Under the pieces are notes generated by a model. It worked only from the letters and a program-made list of their open reading frames with translations. It was not told the DNA's origin and ran no database searches. From NCBI RefSeq assembly GCF_009914755.1, contig NC_060930.1: a stretch of 64,000 bases of DNA, one strand, 5' to 3'. Below, in pieces: positions 47,391 to 64,000 of this stretch; the first letter of the stretch is position 1, and the number at the start of each line of letters is the position of its first letter. Origin of the DNA: the human T2T-CHM13v2.0 reference genome, Homo sapiens. The position numbers were made by a program, and so were the translations under genes.

Positions 47391-48542
47391 AATCATATAA
47401 ATGAATGTTCTCTTCTGACCTTATTCCCTCATTTACACTTTTCATCATGATATTTGATTCCATTTTGCCTTCTATACTAATTCTTTGGATACCACAATTA
47501 TAGTTTATTGAGTCTTCCGTTCCCTGCGCTGCCTATCTCTGGGGTCCTTTTGTTATGGTGGCTGGTGTTTGCTTTATTTTATTTAGGTCTCTCTTTTGTA
47601 CCTAGACTTTCCAAACATTCCTAACAACCCTTGGATGTCAGTACATAGTTAAGAGGAAAACACAAACAATGCTGGAAGTTCTGTTTACATGGAGGAAGTT
47701 CTGTTTACATGGACAGGACATGTCAGCTGGGAGCTTCACTGCAGTGTGCTCAAGGGATCAGCAGCTTTTTTGTCCGGGAACCAGCAAATGGGAGAACTCT
47801 TCGGTGTGGCTATCGGTGGTGTTCTGGAAGGAGATGGGGTGGAAGCAGATGGGGGTCGGGGGGCTTCTACTGGATCTGTAATCCCCTCACGTCCCCACTG
47901 CCTCCCCCACAGTGCCTGCAGGACCCTGAGTTTGAGCATTTTCATTATCACTTCGCAATAATGCATAAACACTGAACAATTAATCATAAAAAAGATTGGA
48001 GAGATCCAAATCCTAAAAGGAAAGAAAAAATAAATCCACATTTAAAGTTTACCACTCAAGATACTCCAAATATCAACAAATTATAAACAATCTAGTGAGA
48101 TTTTTCTATCGAGGGCTTTCTGTTATCCTTTCAGCAAACGTGTGAGTAACAAGGATGCCTGTTTCACAGTCACGTTGCAAACTCAAGACCTGTCAATGGC
48201 TTTTTAAGGACCTACTTCTTTAGCTTCAGTAAATAAGACAGCTAAGTGTCCTTCATATATATATGTGAATACACATGTATATATGTACATAGACAAATAT
48301 TTATGCAAAATTAATTGTTTCAAAATTTAAAAACTATACCATTTAAAAATAAAAAATGATATTTAATCACAGACATAAAAACTGGATATTAAAGTCTTAT
48401 TAATGAACAATTTTATGTATTTTTTAAACAAGCCTAACAAATCTATCCTGGCATCACTTTTTTTTTCCTGTAGCATCACCAGTAACTGAGCAATGTTCAC
48501 AATTGATTTTATTCAACTAATCAAGTCTTAATTTTTTTTTAG

Positions 48543-48991
<449 letters not shown>

Positions 48992-49672
48992 TTTTCTTTC
49001 TTTGGATGCCTTGGCTTAATCCCAAGTGCAGTAAGCCTGGAAATGTAAGGTGTGCGGTCTTCCCTGGGACCGTACAACATCTGCTTGGGTGCCCTTATTA
49101 TTACATATGTGGAAAAGAATGTTGGTTCTATTCATGCTAATTTCACTCTACTGTTACTGGTCCGTGTTAACTGTTTCATGCTGAATTGTAATAAAATGCA
49201 TTGGAATTGGCCTTAACTTAAAATACTTAGTTTACATAGTCGAGTATAACCAAAGTACTTTTCTCTTTGGTGGCACATCACAATGGATGCAATTACTCAG
49301 ATACGGTCCTGAAATGAGAACAAACGCCATCTATGCTGATAACAGCAGTCACTGGTGTTAATCCCAGCACACATAAAAGCCCCAGCAATACAAGGCCGGC
49401 CCAGGACCTTAACTAGAAGGTCACTGAACACATCAGATCTCATCGCATCAGGCCTGACCCCCACCAGAAAGGATGCAGGCAGCTGCAGGGCTGTCATTAG
49501 GCACGAGAGCATCCCAGAAAGCAAAAGTGCCCAAAAAATGGACTCAGATGCCCCCTCGCATCTGAGTATTCCTGACAGCATGTGAACATTAATTATTAAT
49601 TTTCTGTACCTCAGTTTTCCCAAGCCAATCTTTAGGACAAAAAAAAAAAAAAAAAAAAAGGAAGAAAATAAC

Positions 49673-49719
49673 TTAAATGCCAATTTGTAGTTAAAGTTTC
49701 CTCTTTGCCTTGAAGACAT
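49673..49719 (-). CDS. SERPINB6: Alternative coding first exon, extension MSSRQRGNFNYKLAF(K)SAI- giving 395 aa
   Basis: 47 nt from ATG to a weak AA|GTTATT donor; in frame with exon 2 (47+10=57 nt); matches my recollection of a longer annotated isoform. Confidence 0.55.
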
Positions 49720-50030
49720 CAAAGCCTGTAATAGTTTGCCTGTAGGGAGTTTAATTCAAACACAGAGCGGTAAGGAGATCCGGGCTGGTCCACACGATCG
49801 TCTCCACAGGTCTGGGCGACCTGAAAGTGCTGCGGATTGGCCAAGCCCAGCACGGCCAGTCCAGTGAACACACGCAGGGGGCCCGGATGGCACCGTTTGG
49901 CGCCGACCCCTCGGCCTCTCTCCGCCTCCCGCCCGGCTCCCAACACCCGGCGCCCCAAGACTGAGCACGCGTCCTCCGGGTCGCGGAGCGGGCGAGGGGT
50001 CACCGAGGCCGCGGGGCCGACCGGGGTCAC

Positions 50031-50062
50031 CTGTGGCCCGGGAGGCTCTGCGCCGCCCCCAT
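50031..50062 (-). CDS. SERPINB6: Alternative coding first exon, N-terminal extension MGAAQSLPGH(R)SAI- giving 390 aa
   Basis: Strong Kozak GGCGCGGGATGG; 32 nt to a CAG|GTGACC donor; in frame with exon 2 (32+10=42 nt). Confidence 0.65.
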
Positions 50063-50446
50063 CCCGCGCCGGCCGCCTCTTCCGTGGGCGCTGGGCCTGG
50101 GCGCCCGGGGTCCTCGGGTCCGCGGCGTCACCGGCCGGGCTCGCGGCCACGCACGACTCACCCGGCCGCGTCGCCGTTCTCTGCCGCTGCGAGGCTCCGG
50201 AAGGGAACCCAAGCCGGACGCTCGCCCGGGCCCCCGCCCCGCTGGGACTGCTGGGGTCACAGCCCCGCACGGCCACGCCCCATTCTCGGGGCTCCAGCGT
50301 CCCCGCGCGCCGTCGACCCACGCGCGTTCCCGGCCCCGCGCGACCCCCACCCTGCCCCCCTCCCCGCTCGCGCCCCCGGCTTTCCCGACTTTGGAGCGAC
50401 AAACCCAAGCCAGCGTGTCCGAGCGGCTCCCAAGCCAGACACGTAC

Positions 50447-50520
50447 TCCAGAGCGGGGAGCGAGCGAGCAGAACGGCGGGCAGAGGCGCCGGAGCCGCCC
50501 CGGACCTCAAATACTCGCGG
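50447..50520 (-). other. SERPINB6: SERPINB6 non-coding first exon (3' boundary 50447; 5' boundary approximate)
   Basis: CCCCGCTCTGGA|GTACGT donor inside the CpG island; joins to exon 2 as ...GCTCTGGAGTCTGCCATCATG. Confidence 0.75.
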
Positions 50521-50810
50521 GGAGGCGGGCGGAGTCCCGGGTCTCGAGCTACCGTCGCCCGTCCGGAGCGCGGAGGGAGAGGCGGGGCGGGACGTGCGGG
50601 TCAACCCCACCCGCCAGCCGGAGGGGCCGCGAGTCCTGCCCGGAGGCCTTGACTTTGACCACAGTACAGGGCCCCACCAGCGTGTTTATGGTGCCTCTGT
50701 GGAGACTGAATGCTGGCCTGTTTCCAGAAAAGGGCCGGCTCCTGATACACGGCCATCCACTGGGGAGTGCAGAACACGCATTTAAAAATGAGCAGACTAG
50801 ATACAGGTCA

Positions 50811-52440
<1,630 letters not shown>

Positions 52441-52894
52441 ATATTAAATTTAAAAATAAATGTATATAAATGAGCAGAGCCCACATCATTGAGCCGTGTG
52501 TTCAAGGACTTCCAGTTCTCTCCAGGCATAGGAATTAGACCCCAGGGTACTGACAGGTTAGCCAAGTAAGTATGAAAACTCCATCTGCCATCTCAGACAG
52601 AGCAGTCTTGGAAAACAGAAACATCTAGCATAAATGGAAGTAGGGAAGATACTAGCCAGGTGTTTTACATGAGTTCAATTTTGAGAACTCAAGCTGTTTT
52701 ACTCCCTCTGTGCTTACCCTAAGGCAGAGTTTCTCAACTGCGACACTGTTGACCGCATGAACCCGATAACTTGTGGTTGTGGGGGCTGTCCTGCCATCAC
52801 ACATGTTTCACAGAATCTCTGGAGGAGATTCACCAAGTGGATGCCAGGAGCAAACCACACGCCCCTCCCTAGTTGTGGCTTAATTAGTCTTAAG

Positions 52895-54770
<1,876 letters not shown>

Positions 54771-56063
54771 AGTGGAGCAAATTGCCTGACCACTTGTGGT
54801 GTTAGTATCTACAAAATGAAAGTGTGAGCCCATATAGCTTCACCAAAGGGCAAGTCATTCCTAACCTCAATGGCTTCTTCTCAAAATAGGTTTACTGGGC
54901 AGGGAGACCTAGGAAGGGGTTCTGTAGTCTGGCATTCTCTGCCATCCCACCTGGATTTAAATAAGATTGAAGAACTATTTCCAAATTACGTAGGTTAATA
55001 ATTCTGAGCTCAGCATCCTCCTAGAGAGACATATCTGGCATAAAGTTGTTTCATAAATGTTTATCACATTTTCATTATATCGTATTCTAACAGGCTTATA
55101 ATGAGAAGCAATCAAAACCAAAAGTAACCAGGTTTCTAATAATAAGTGAGATGAGTGCACAGTTGGAGAACTACTCTGATGAGTGGTTCTGATGCTCATG
55201 GGACAAAGGCCTGGGTTTTCGTTGTCTATAATCAAACGTGAAAAAGCAGTTTGATGTGGCACCACTGGAAATGCGTACAGGCCATTTCTTCCCCTCTTCA
55301 GCCATTTTCAGATGGGAAAGCAGAGGGGATTCTGGCATTCTCCAAAAAAGACCCCTGGAAAACCCGTCTCCAGAGCCTCCTGCCTGAAGGTAACATTCAG
55401 GCTCTTCTATATTTTTTCTCTTTCCCGTTTTTCTCATTTAATAAGGAATTGGTCAATCATGCAATATACCCGTGGGGCTAACCTCCCGAGGGAGAGCCTC
55501 ACCCTCTCTCCGGACCCAGAGTGAGGAAGGAAAGATGAGCAGGGGTGAATCAATGGACTTCTGAGTCACACTTTAGTTTTCCTCAGAACTTTTCAGGGAC
55601 TGGGCCTTCACTCAAGAAATTTCCCAGGCAGCTGTCTTGAAAACTGAGTTCAGGGTGCCTCTAAGCTATCTCAGTGCCAGGTGGTGGCTGGAGGAGAGGT
55701 GAATGCCACTGTTAGAAGACACTAGAGAGCTGAAGGCAGGCATCTCATTGTCCGTTTGTAGAGGATCACAGTCACAATTGTTATTCCATGGAACTCGGTG
55801 ACTCATTGGTGTTTAATGTTCAGAAAATTCATTTCAAACATAAGATGTCATAACAAAGACCTGACTTCAGGGAAAGCCTTTTTCTTTCCCACCTGCTTAA
55901 TTGGTCCCTGCTGCTAACCATGACTGAAAACACATGGGTTTTACTTAGCAATAGCGTGACATTTTCTTTTCTCAGACTTCTCCGGATGAGGGCTAGTTCA
56001 GTTTTGGTTTGAAAGGACTTCAGTACTCCATGTAAAATAAAAGTAAAAAAAGCCTTTTTGGTG

Positions 56064-56933
56064 TGTAAACCAAAAAGTATCTGAGACAAGTATCAATCAA
56101 TTTAGAAGTTTATTTTGCCAAGGTTAAGGTCGTGCCCGTGACACAGACTCGGGAGGTCCTGAGAACACGTGCCTAAGGTGGTTGGGGTACAGCTTGGTCT
56201 TATACATTTTAGGGAGACATAAGACATCAATCAATAGATACAAGATGTACATTGGTTCGGTTTGAAAAGGTGAAACAACTATAATCGGGCGGGGAGGCTC
56301 CAGGTCATAGGTAGATTCAAAGATGTTCTGATTTGCAATTGGTTTAAAAGAGTTTATCTGAAGACCTGGAATCAACTGAAGGAAGTGTCTGGGTTACGAT
56401 AAGGGGTTGTGGAGACCAAGGTTCTTATTATGCAGATAAAGCCTCCAGGTAGAAGGTTTCAGAGAGGATAGATTGTAAATGTCTCTTATCAGACTTAAAA
56501 TGTGCCAAACTCGTAGTTAATTCTCTCCTGGATCAGGAAAAAACCTGGAAAAGGGAAGGGGATTCTCTACAGAATGTAGATTTCCCCCACAAGAGACAGC
56601 TTTGCAGGACCATTTCAAAACATGCCAAAGAAATACATTTTGGGGTAAAATACTTCGATTTCTTTCAGGGCCTGCTCTTTGTCATGTGATGCTATTCTAG
56701 GACCAGGCTGGAATTTGGTGTCTGACTGCTACAAAAAAAAAAAAAAGCTGTTTCATTAGTATTAAGATCTCTATTTTAACATTAATGTTGGTCAGTTGTG
56801 TCTGAATTCCAAAGGGAGGAAGGCATGTCCTGCCCCCTCTTCCCATCATGGCCTGAACTTTGGAATGCCCTTGGCCCAGAGAAGGGGTCCATTCACATGC
56901 TTGCAGAGCTCAGAGTTTTATTCTTAGTTTACA
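56064..56933 (-). mobile_element. MER4B/D-like solo LTR
   Basis: TG...CA ends; TSD GGTG/GCTG; homologous to 20300-21326. Confidence 0.75.
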
Positions 56934-57822
56934 GCTGTTTACAAGACAGTCTGAATTTACAATCAGGAAACTGGAAATAGAGATTTACCAGCTTCAGCAT
57001 GTGTCCCTGAAGCTTAAAAAAATAAAAATAAAAAAGATTTACTAGGGATCTTCGTCATGGGTACTAAACACATCTCATTTACTTTTGAATTTGGAATTGT
57101 TACAAGTAAATATTTTGTATTGCTGCACTTTATTTTTTAAAACAATTCCCTTTCAAATGTTAGAAATCATAGATTGAGGAAAACACTTTCAAAAAGAATG
57201 TGCAACCACAACCAGCTCATGTAACACAAATCGGGTTTGGTGTAAGAACACAGCACTCTAACTCACCCATGACCAAACCAAAGAACAGCAACTAAGAGAT
57301 CACTCTGAATGAGCGCACTCTGTTCTGCTGACATATCAGCTCTAACACAGAAAGGGAGAAAAGAAGTTCTCCTGAATAACTGTGACTATTTCACTGTGAC
57401 ACTTACATTATGTAATACCATCATTCTCCTTGTAAATTTCTCAGAATTTCATGGATTAACAGACTCATAAAACTTGAAGAGCATTTCTACCTCGATGTTA
57501 ATGGTAAAGATGGATTTGAATTTATTTAGCAATATTTAAAAAAAAACTAGGTCACAGTAAATTGAACCAAGGAAGACTCAGTGTCTAAATGGTAAATAAA
57601 TAATAAACTGGGGCCATGGATGAGTAAAAAACTTACCCTAACAGATAAACTATCCATGATTAGGTCAATTGCTTAGTTTACTCTATTTGGTTAATTGCAT
57701 ATTTATCATACAACTACAATGCAAACATTGAGATTGGTCCAGAGCTAGAACCCCTGCCCTCCAACAGAGGACATAAGTTCCTAGGCAACTACCTACACCA
57801 AATTTGTTTTCCTTATAGATAA

Positions 57823-58151
57823 TGTAAACCAAAAATAAAATTCTAAGTACCCCAGCCAACTGAATGGACCTCTCCACCAAGGGCATTCCAAAGTTAGTGT
57901 GAAAAACTAGTTCAGGCCATGATGAAAAGTGAGGACAAACATGCCTCGTTCTCATTACACCCACGTGCCTTTGGAATTCAGGCACAATTCCTCATCTTAA
58001 CGCAGACATTCTCTTCTATTGATTCCATCTGCATGATAGGAACCTTAGTCTCCGCAACCCCTTATCTTAACCCAGACACCCAGACATTCCCTTCTACTGA
58101 TTCTAAATCTTTAGATAATAACTTAACCCTTTTCAACTAATTGCCAATTAG

Positions 58152-58182
<31 letters not shown>

Positions 58183-58727
58183 GGAGACAGGGTCTCACTC
58201 TCTTGCCCAGGCTGGAGTGCAGTGGCATGATCTTGGCTCGACTTCCCAGACTCAAGCAATCCTACCACCATAGCCTCCCAAGTAGCTGGGACTACAGTCA
58301 CATGCCACCACGCCAGACTAATTTTTTTATTTTTTGTGGAGACAATGTCCCACTATGTTGCCAGGCTGGTCTTGAACTCCTGGGCTCAACTGATCCTCCT
58401 GCCTCTGCCTCCCAATGTGCTGGGATTATAGGTGTGAACCACTATGCCTGGCCAGAAAATTCTTGAATTCACCTATGACCTGGAAGCCCCCACTTCCGGT
58501 TGTCTGCCTTTCTGGACCGAAGCTGCATACATTTTACGTGTATTGATTGATGTCTTATGTTTCCCTAAATTGTATAAATCCAAGTTGTAGCCCAGCTACC
58601 TTGGGCGCATGTTCTCAGGATTTCCTAGGGTTGAGGATTTCCTGTGTCAGGAGTCATTGGTCACTCATATTTGGCTTAGAATAAATCTTTTCAAATATTT
58701 TACAGAGTTTACCTCTTTTCATCAACA
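57823..58727 (+). mobile_element. MER4A-like solo LTR containing an antisense Alu (58155-58454)
   Basis: TGTAAACCAAAAATAAAATTCTAAG start and ...TTTTCATCAACA end; TSD ATAA/ATAG. Confidence 0.78.
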
Positions 58728-58816
58728 ATAGTAAACATTGCAATGTTTCCTAGGAACAACAGAAAAATTATCCAAATGATATATAGCAATGCCAATCAGC
58801 AATGTTTCTATACTTT

Positions 58817-59483
58817 TGTCAGAGGCATTTGAACCAGACCTACTCCATCTTGAATATGGGTAGGTCAATTAAGGCTATCCTTTAATAAATATCATGGATC
58901 ATCAAATATGAGAGCTACGGGGCTGCATTCCCAGGAGGTTAGGCATTCTTAGTCACAGGATGAGATAAAAGGTCAGCACAAGATACAGGTCACAAAGACT
59001 TTGCTGATAAAACAGCTTGAGGTAAAGAAGCCAGCCAGAACCCACCAAAACCAAGATGATGACCAAAGTGACCTCTGGTCCTCCTCACTGCTCATTATAC
59101 AGTAATTATAATGCATTAGCATGCTAGAAGACATTCCTGCCAGCACCAGAACAGCTTACAAATGCCATGGCAATGTTAGGGAGTTACCTTATATGCTCTG
59201 AAAAGGGGAGGAACCCTCAGTTCTGGGAGTTGTCCACCTCTTTCCCGGAAAACTCATGAATAATGCACTCCTTGTTTAGCATATAATCAAGTGATAACTA
59301 TAAGTACACTCAGTTGAGTAGCTCTTGCCTCTGCTCTGCCTACAGAGTAGCCACTCTTTTGTTTCTTTACTTCTCTGATAAACTTGCTTTCACTTAACTC
59401 TATAGGCTTGCCCCAAATTCTTTCTTGTGAGAGTTCCAAGAACCCTCTCTTGGGGTCTGGATTGGGACCCCTTTCTGGTAACA
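58817..59483 (+). mobile_element. MER41B-like solo LTR
   Basis: TGTCAGAGGCATTTGAACCAGA...CCCCTTTCTGGTAACA; TSD CTTT at 58813-58816 and 59484-59487. Confidence 0.85.
59242..59250. promoter_or_regulatory. STAT GAS element TTCCCGGAA in MER41
   Basis: Perfect TTCNNNGAA; the partner site at 59221-59229 is degenerate (TTCTGGGAG). Confidence 0.55.
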
Positions 59484-60836
59484 CTTTCTAGCTCTCATAT
59501 CTGATGGCCTATTTAAAAAAAAAAAATAGTAGCAGCCACTCCCAGTGACTCGCTTGGTAAACCTGATTGGGTCATGGATCACTTCTAAAGGACACCTAGC
59601 AGGCAGGCAGCAGAGAACCTGTTACGAGGCCATGAATACAGACAAAATGCATGTAACCTTTCCTGCCAGTGTAAGGAAGTCAAGGAGGAGAGTTTAAAAT
59701 AAGATGCTGTTCAAAGTGGTGCAAGACACAAGGAACAGAGATCGGATGAGACCACAGGCAATAGGCAAATAAAAGATGCACTCTCTTCCTCTGAGAGGTG
59801 GTGACCCACTTTCCTAAGAGAAAAGTGTTTTGAAGACTGACTTCCCAATTTTTTCTGCCCCGGGAAAGCTTCTGGAACAACACTTTAGGGGCTACTGACA
59901 GGCTGCTCTGCTTCTCACCAGCCATGAGCATCCAACCCCAAAGCAGTCCCCAGGCTTCTCTGTGTCTCCTCTACAAGGACGGGCTGGGGAAGACCCTAAG
60001 CTCCACTCCCTGCACCATCCCTAGCTTATGAGAGCAGCCACCATGCTCCCTGCTCCTGCATTTATTGCAAAGAGCCTAGCTTCCTTCCAGAATTTTCTGG
60101 GACTAGAGCAAACAACCTGCCTTATTTTCTGAAATATCATAGTGGAGGGTTGAGAGACACTGGAACTTACTTTTCTGGGTGGTCTCTCCCCAGCTTTCCT
60201 TCCAGATTTGCAGGGACTAAGTGCTAGAGCCTTTCTCCTCTTACATATGAGAGTAGACCTCGAATTGAGGTAAAGCCATGGTCCTTCAATCTAGGCCTAA
60301 TATTGGCTTTGCTCCCTGCTCCCTGGAATTTTGAGGCAAGTCCAGCATGGACTTGCCTCTCCCACTCATACAACTCAAGTAGTTCATTGAGGTGGGTGAA
60401 AGACCCAGAAATGTAACCAGGCCACACTCTCCTACACCTGGAATTTGTAAACCCTCCCCACGGCAAATGCATATACTTGAAGTCCCTCCCTCACTAAGTA
60501 ACGGAGCTGGAAAACCCTATGAGACAAACTAGTGACTAGTTCCCCATAACTTCGTGCACTAATCTTTGTTGCACAAGCATTGTATCAGATCACAGAGAGT
60601 TGAGAAATAGAATTGCAGGAAGCATGGTCCTTCCTTTTTCAGGCGCTCAGATGGCTGGGAAAGGCACTGTGCCCACAGAATGGCATGTGCCTGCTCTAAC
60701 AGGGCATGCACGCACCCATGAGAACAGAAGCCAGGAAGAACGGCTCTGTGAGCCTCAGGATGTGTTCCCTGGGGCCTCAGCTGAGCTCAGTCTCGTAGGA
60801 AGAGTAATTTTCCAGAGCTGAGAAAGAACAAACAAG

Positions 60837-61740
<904 letters not shown>

Positions 61741-63082
61741 TTATTTATTTATTACCACCGGCAACAGAAAGGTGCAGTGTGACAGCCCACAGGGGCAAAG
61801 GGTGAGTGTGCTTTAAGGGAGGAGAGAAGGGTGTGGGCTGGGGAGAGGCCCCCAGGGAGGTAGGGTAGGGCTGGATGGTGTGTCAGGGATGGGCTGGGAA
61901 AGAGTCCTTGTGCCATTCTAGGAAATTTGGGTTTTATCCCTCAGACATTGGGGAACCAGCACAGGATTTTAATGAGAGGAGAGGATTGCTTTCTCTTTTT
62001 TCCCTTTCTTGCCCCCTTTTTTCCATCCTTTCTTCTTTTCCTCCTCCCTCCCCCGCCCCAACCCCCGTCTCACTCTGTAGTCCAGGCTGGAGTGCAGTGG
62101 TGTGATTATAACTTGCGGCAGCCTCTACCTCCTGGGCTCAAGCAATCCTCCTGCCTTAGCCTCCAGAGCAGGGACTACTGGCATGTGCCACCACACCACA
62201 CCTTCCTTCTTTTCTTCCTTCCCAACTCCAGCATCAGGCCTTAGGATGGGCAGGGTGCAGAAGACAGTGACAGCAGGGAGCTGTTTAGAAATTGGCCTCA
62301 GGAGCCCAGAACACAGGTAATTTGGGCCTTAGCCAGGCACTGGCAATGGTGATGTCTGTGAGGCAGAGAGCTAATTAGGGGGCAGAAATCATAGACTATA
62401 CTGAACAAGTGGATTTTGAGAGAGAAGGGCAGAGTTACAGTTCCAGATGGTTTGTATTTATTCTAACTCAGAGAACTGGGTACATGAAAGAGTACATAGG
62501 GGGAGGAGGATCAGATTTAGGGGTCAGATAATCAGTTTGAGTCAAAAGGGGCTTAGAGTGCTGGTGAACATTTAGGTGAAGATGTCCAGAGGACAGGTAG
62601 AAATTACGACAAAGGTAAGAGCTATCGATGCTAAATGAAGCTGGGGGAGAAACTCCTTGATCCAGCAACAAACATTTTAAAAGACAGCTGGAAAAGGAGC
62701 ACATGGCAAAGAGGACAGAGAAGGAGAAGACAGAAGAAACAGAGAACCAGGTCAGCATCCGCTGCTGGTGCTGAGAGGAAGAGGAGAGTCAGAATTGAAA
62801 AGGGCATTTCTCATTCCCAAGTCGTTAGTTACCAAGGGACGATAGATGGGAGGAGCAAAAACTGAGGCAGATCCAGGCCTGGAGACACATGGAGAGAGTT
62901 GTCTTAGAATACTCTTTCAAGAAACTTATCTGGGATGAATGAGAAGACGAACTGGAGCTGGAGGTGGGACTGTGTCTTTTGAGATAGGAGCCTTGGCTGT
63001 GACCCATACAATGTGTAAGGAGAGGCATCACACCTCTTCCACCCCTACAAGTTGATACTCTCATATTTAAAATCTGAGTTAA

Positions 63083-63575
<493 letters not shown>

Positions 63576-64000
63576 GAGTTAAATTTAAATAATTGTGTTG
63601 TTCTGGAGATTTTTTAAAAAATATCATCACTGGTCATAAGAATTTGAGGAATAGCTAAATAACAAAACAGAGGTTTCTCTCTCTGTCTCTCTTCCTTTTT
63701 CCATAACAAGAGAAGCTCATCTTCTTATCTGGTCTGGAATCACTTGGGTGACATTTCAAAATGCAAATTAAGAGCCAGGTGGGCAGGTCCCCAATGCGTT
63801 GGGATGGGCCGCAGCTGACTCGGCAGCCTCCCTTGAGCTCCCAGGACTTTGCCGAAGGGAGTGGCGTCCATTTGCATGAGGAGCTCAGGAAAACTGCTCC
63901 TCAGGTGCCGAGTTAGAGGCACCTAGTGAGCTTCACCAGAGTAGTTTTGACCAGGGATACAACAAAGCTCCTAAAACTGAAAAAGCACGAAAACAAAAAT

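Larger units (their letters stand above)
49790..50660 (-). promoter_or_regulatory. SERPINB6: CpG-island promoter of SERPINB6
   Basis: Very high GC and CpG density, GC boxes (e.g. GGCGGGGCGG 50581-50590), upstream of the first coding exon, and not repeat-derived. Confidence 0.9.

Overview
This is mammalian DNA, almost certainly human (primate Alu, LTR12, LTR5 and MER11 elements). It holds the complete minus-strand SERPINB6 gene (clade B serpin PI-6; the 6p25 location is from prior knowledge). Six coding exons join to exactly 1131 nt (376 aa + stop), with a poly(A) signal at 27098-27103. A CpG-island promoter at ~49.8-50.65 kb carries several alternative first-exon donors. The flanks are dense nested transposon fossils: an ERV1 MER4-group provirus remnant holding two HERV-K-class solo LTRs, a hAT transposon remnant, two LTR12 solo LTRs, MER50/LTR28/MER4/MER41/MER31/LTR47-like LTRs, L1 3' ends and about 35 Alus. 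The most unusual signal is in the two LTR12 copies. Both are well conserved up to their TATA-like box, then abruptly diverge with a strand-biased spectrum (non-CpG C>T, A>G, C>G) while keeping many CpGs. Both lose the LTR poly(A) signal and gain 5' splice-site motifs at the homologous position, which suggests TSS-anchored germline mutagenesis building new first exons. Other points of interest: an alternative SERPINB6 first exon adding an N-myristoylation consensus (MGAAQS), a GC-AG intron with a competing GT donor that would create a premature stop, two short locally templated insertions, and a MER41B-like LTR with an intact STAT GAS site. Repeat subfamily names come from remembered consensus sequences and need RepeatMasker/Dfam confirmation.
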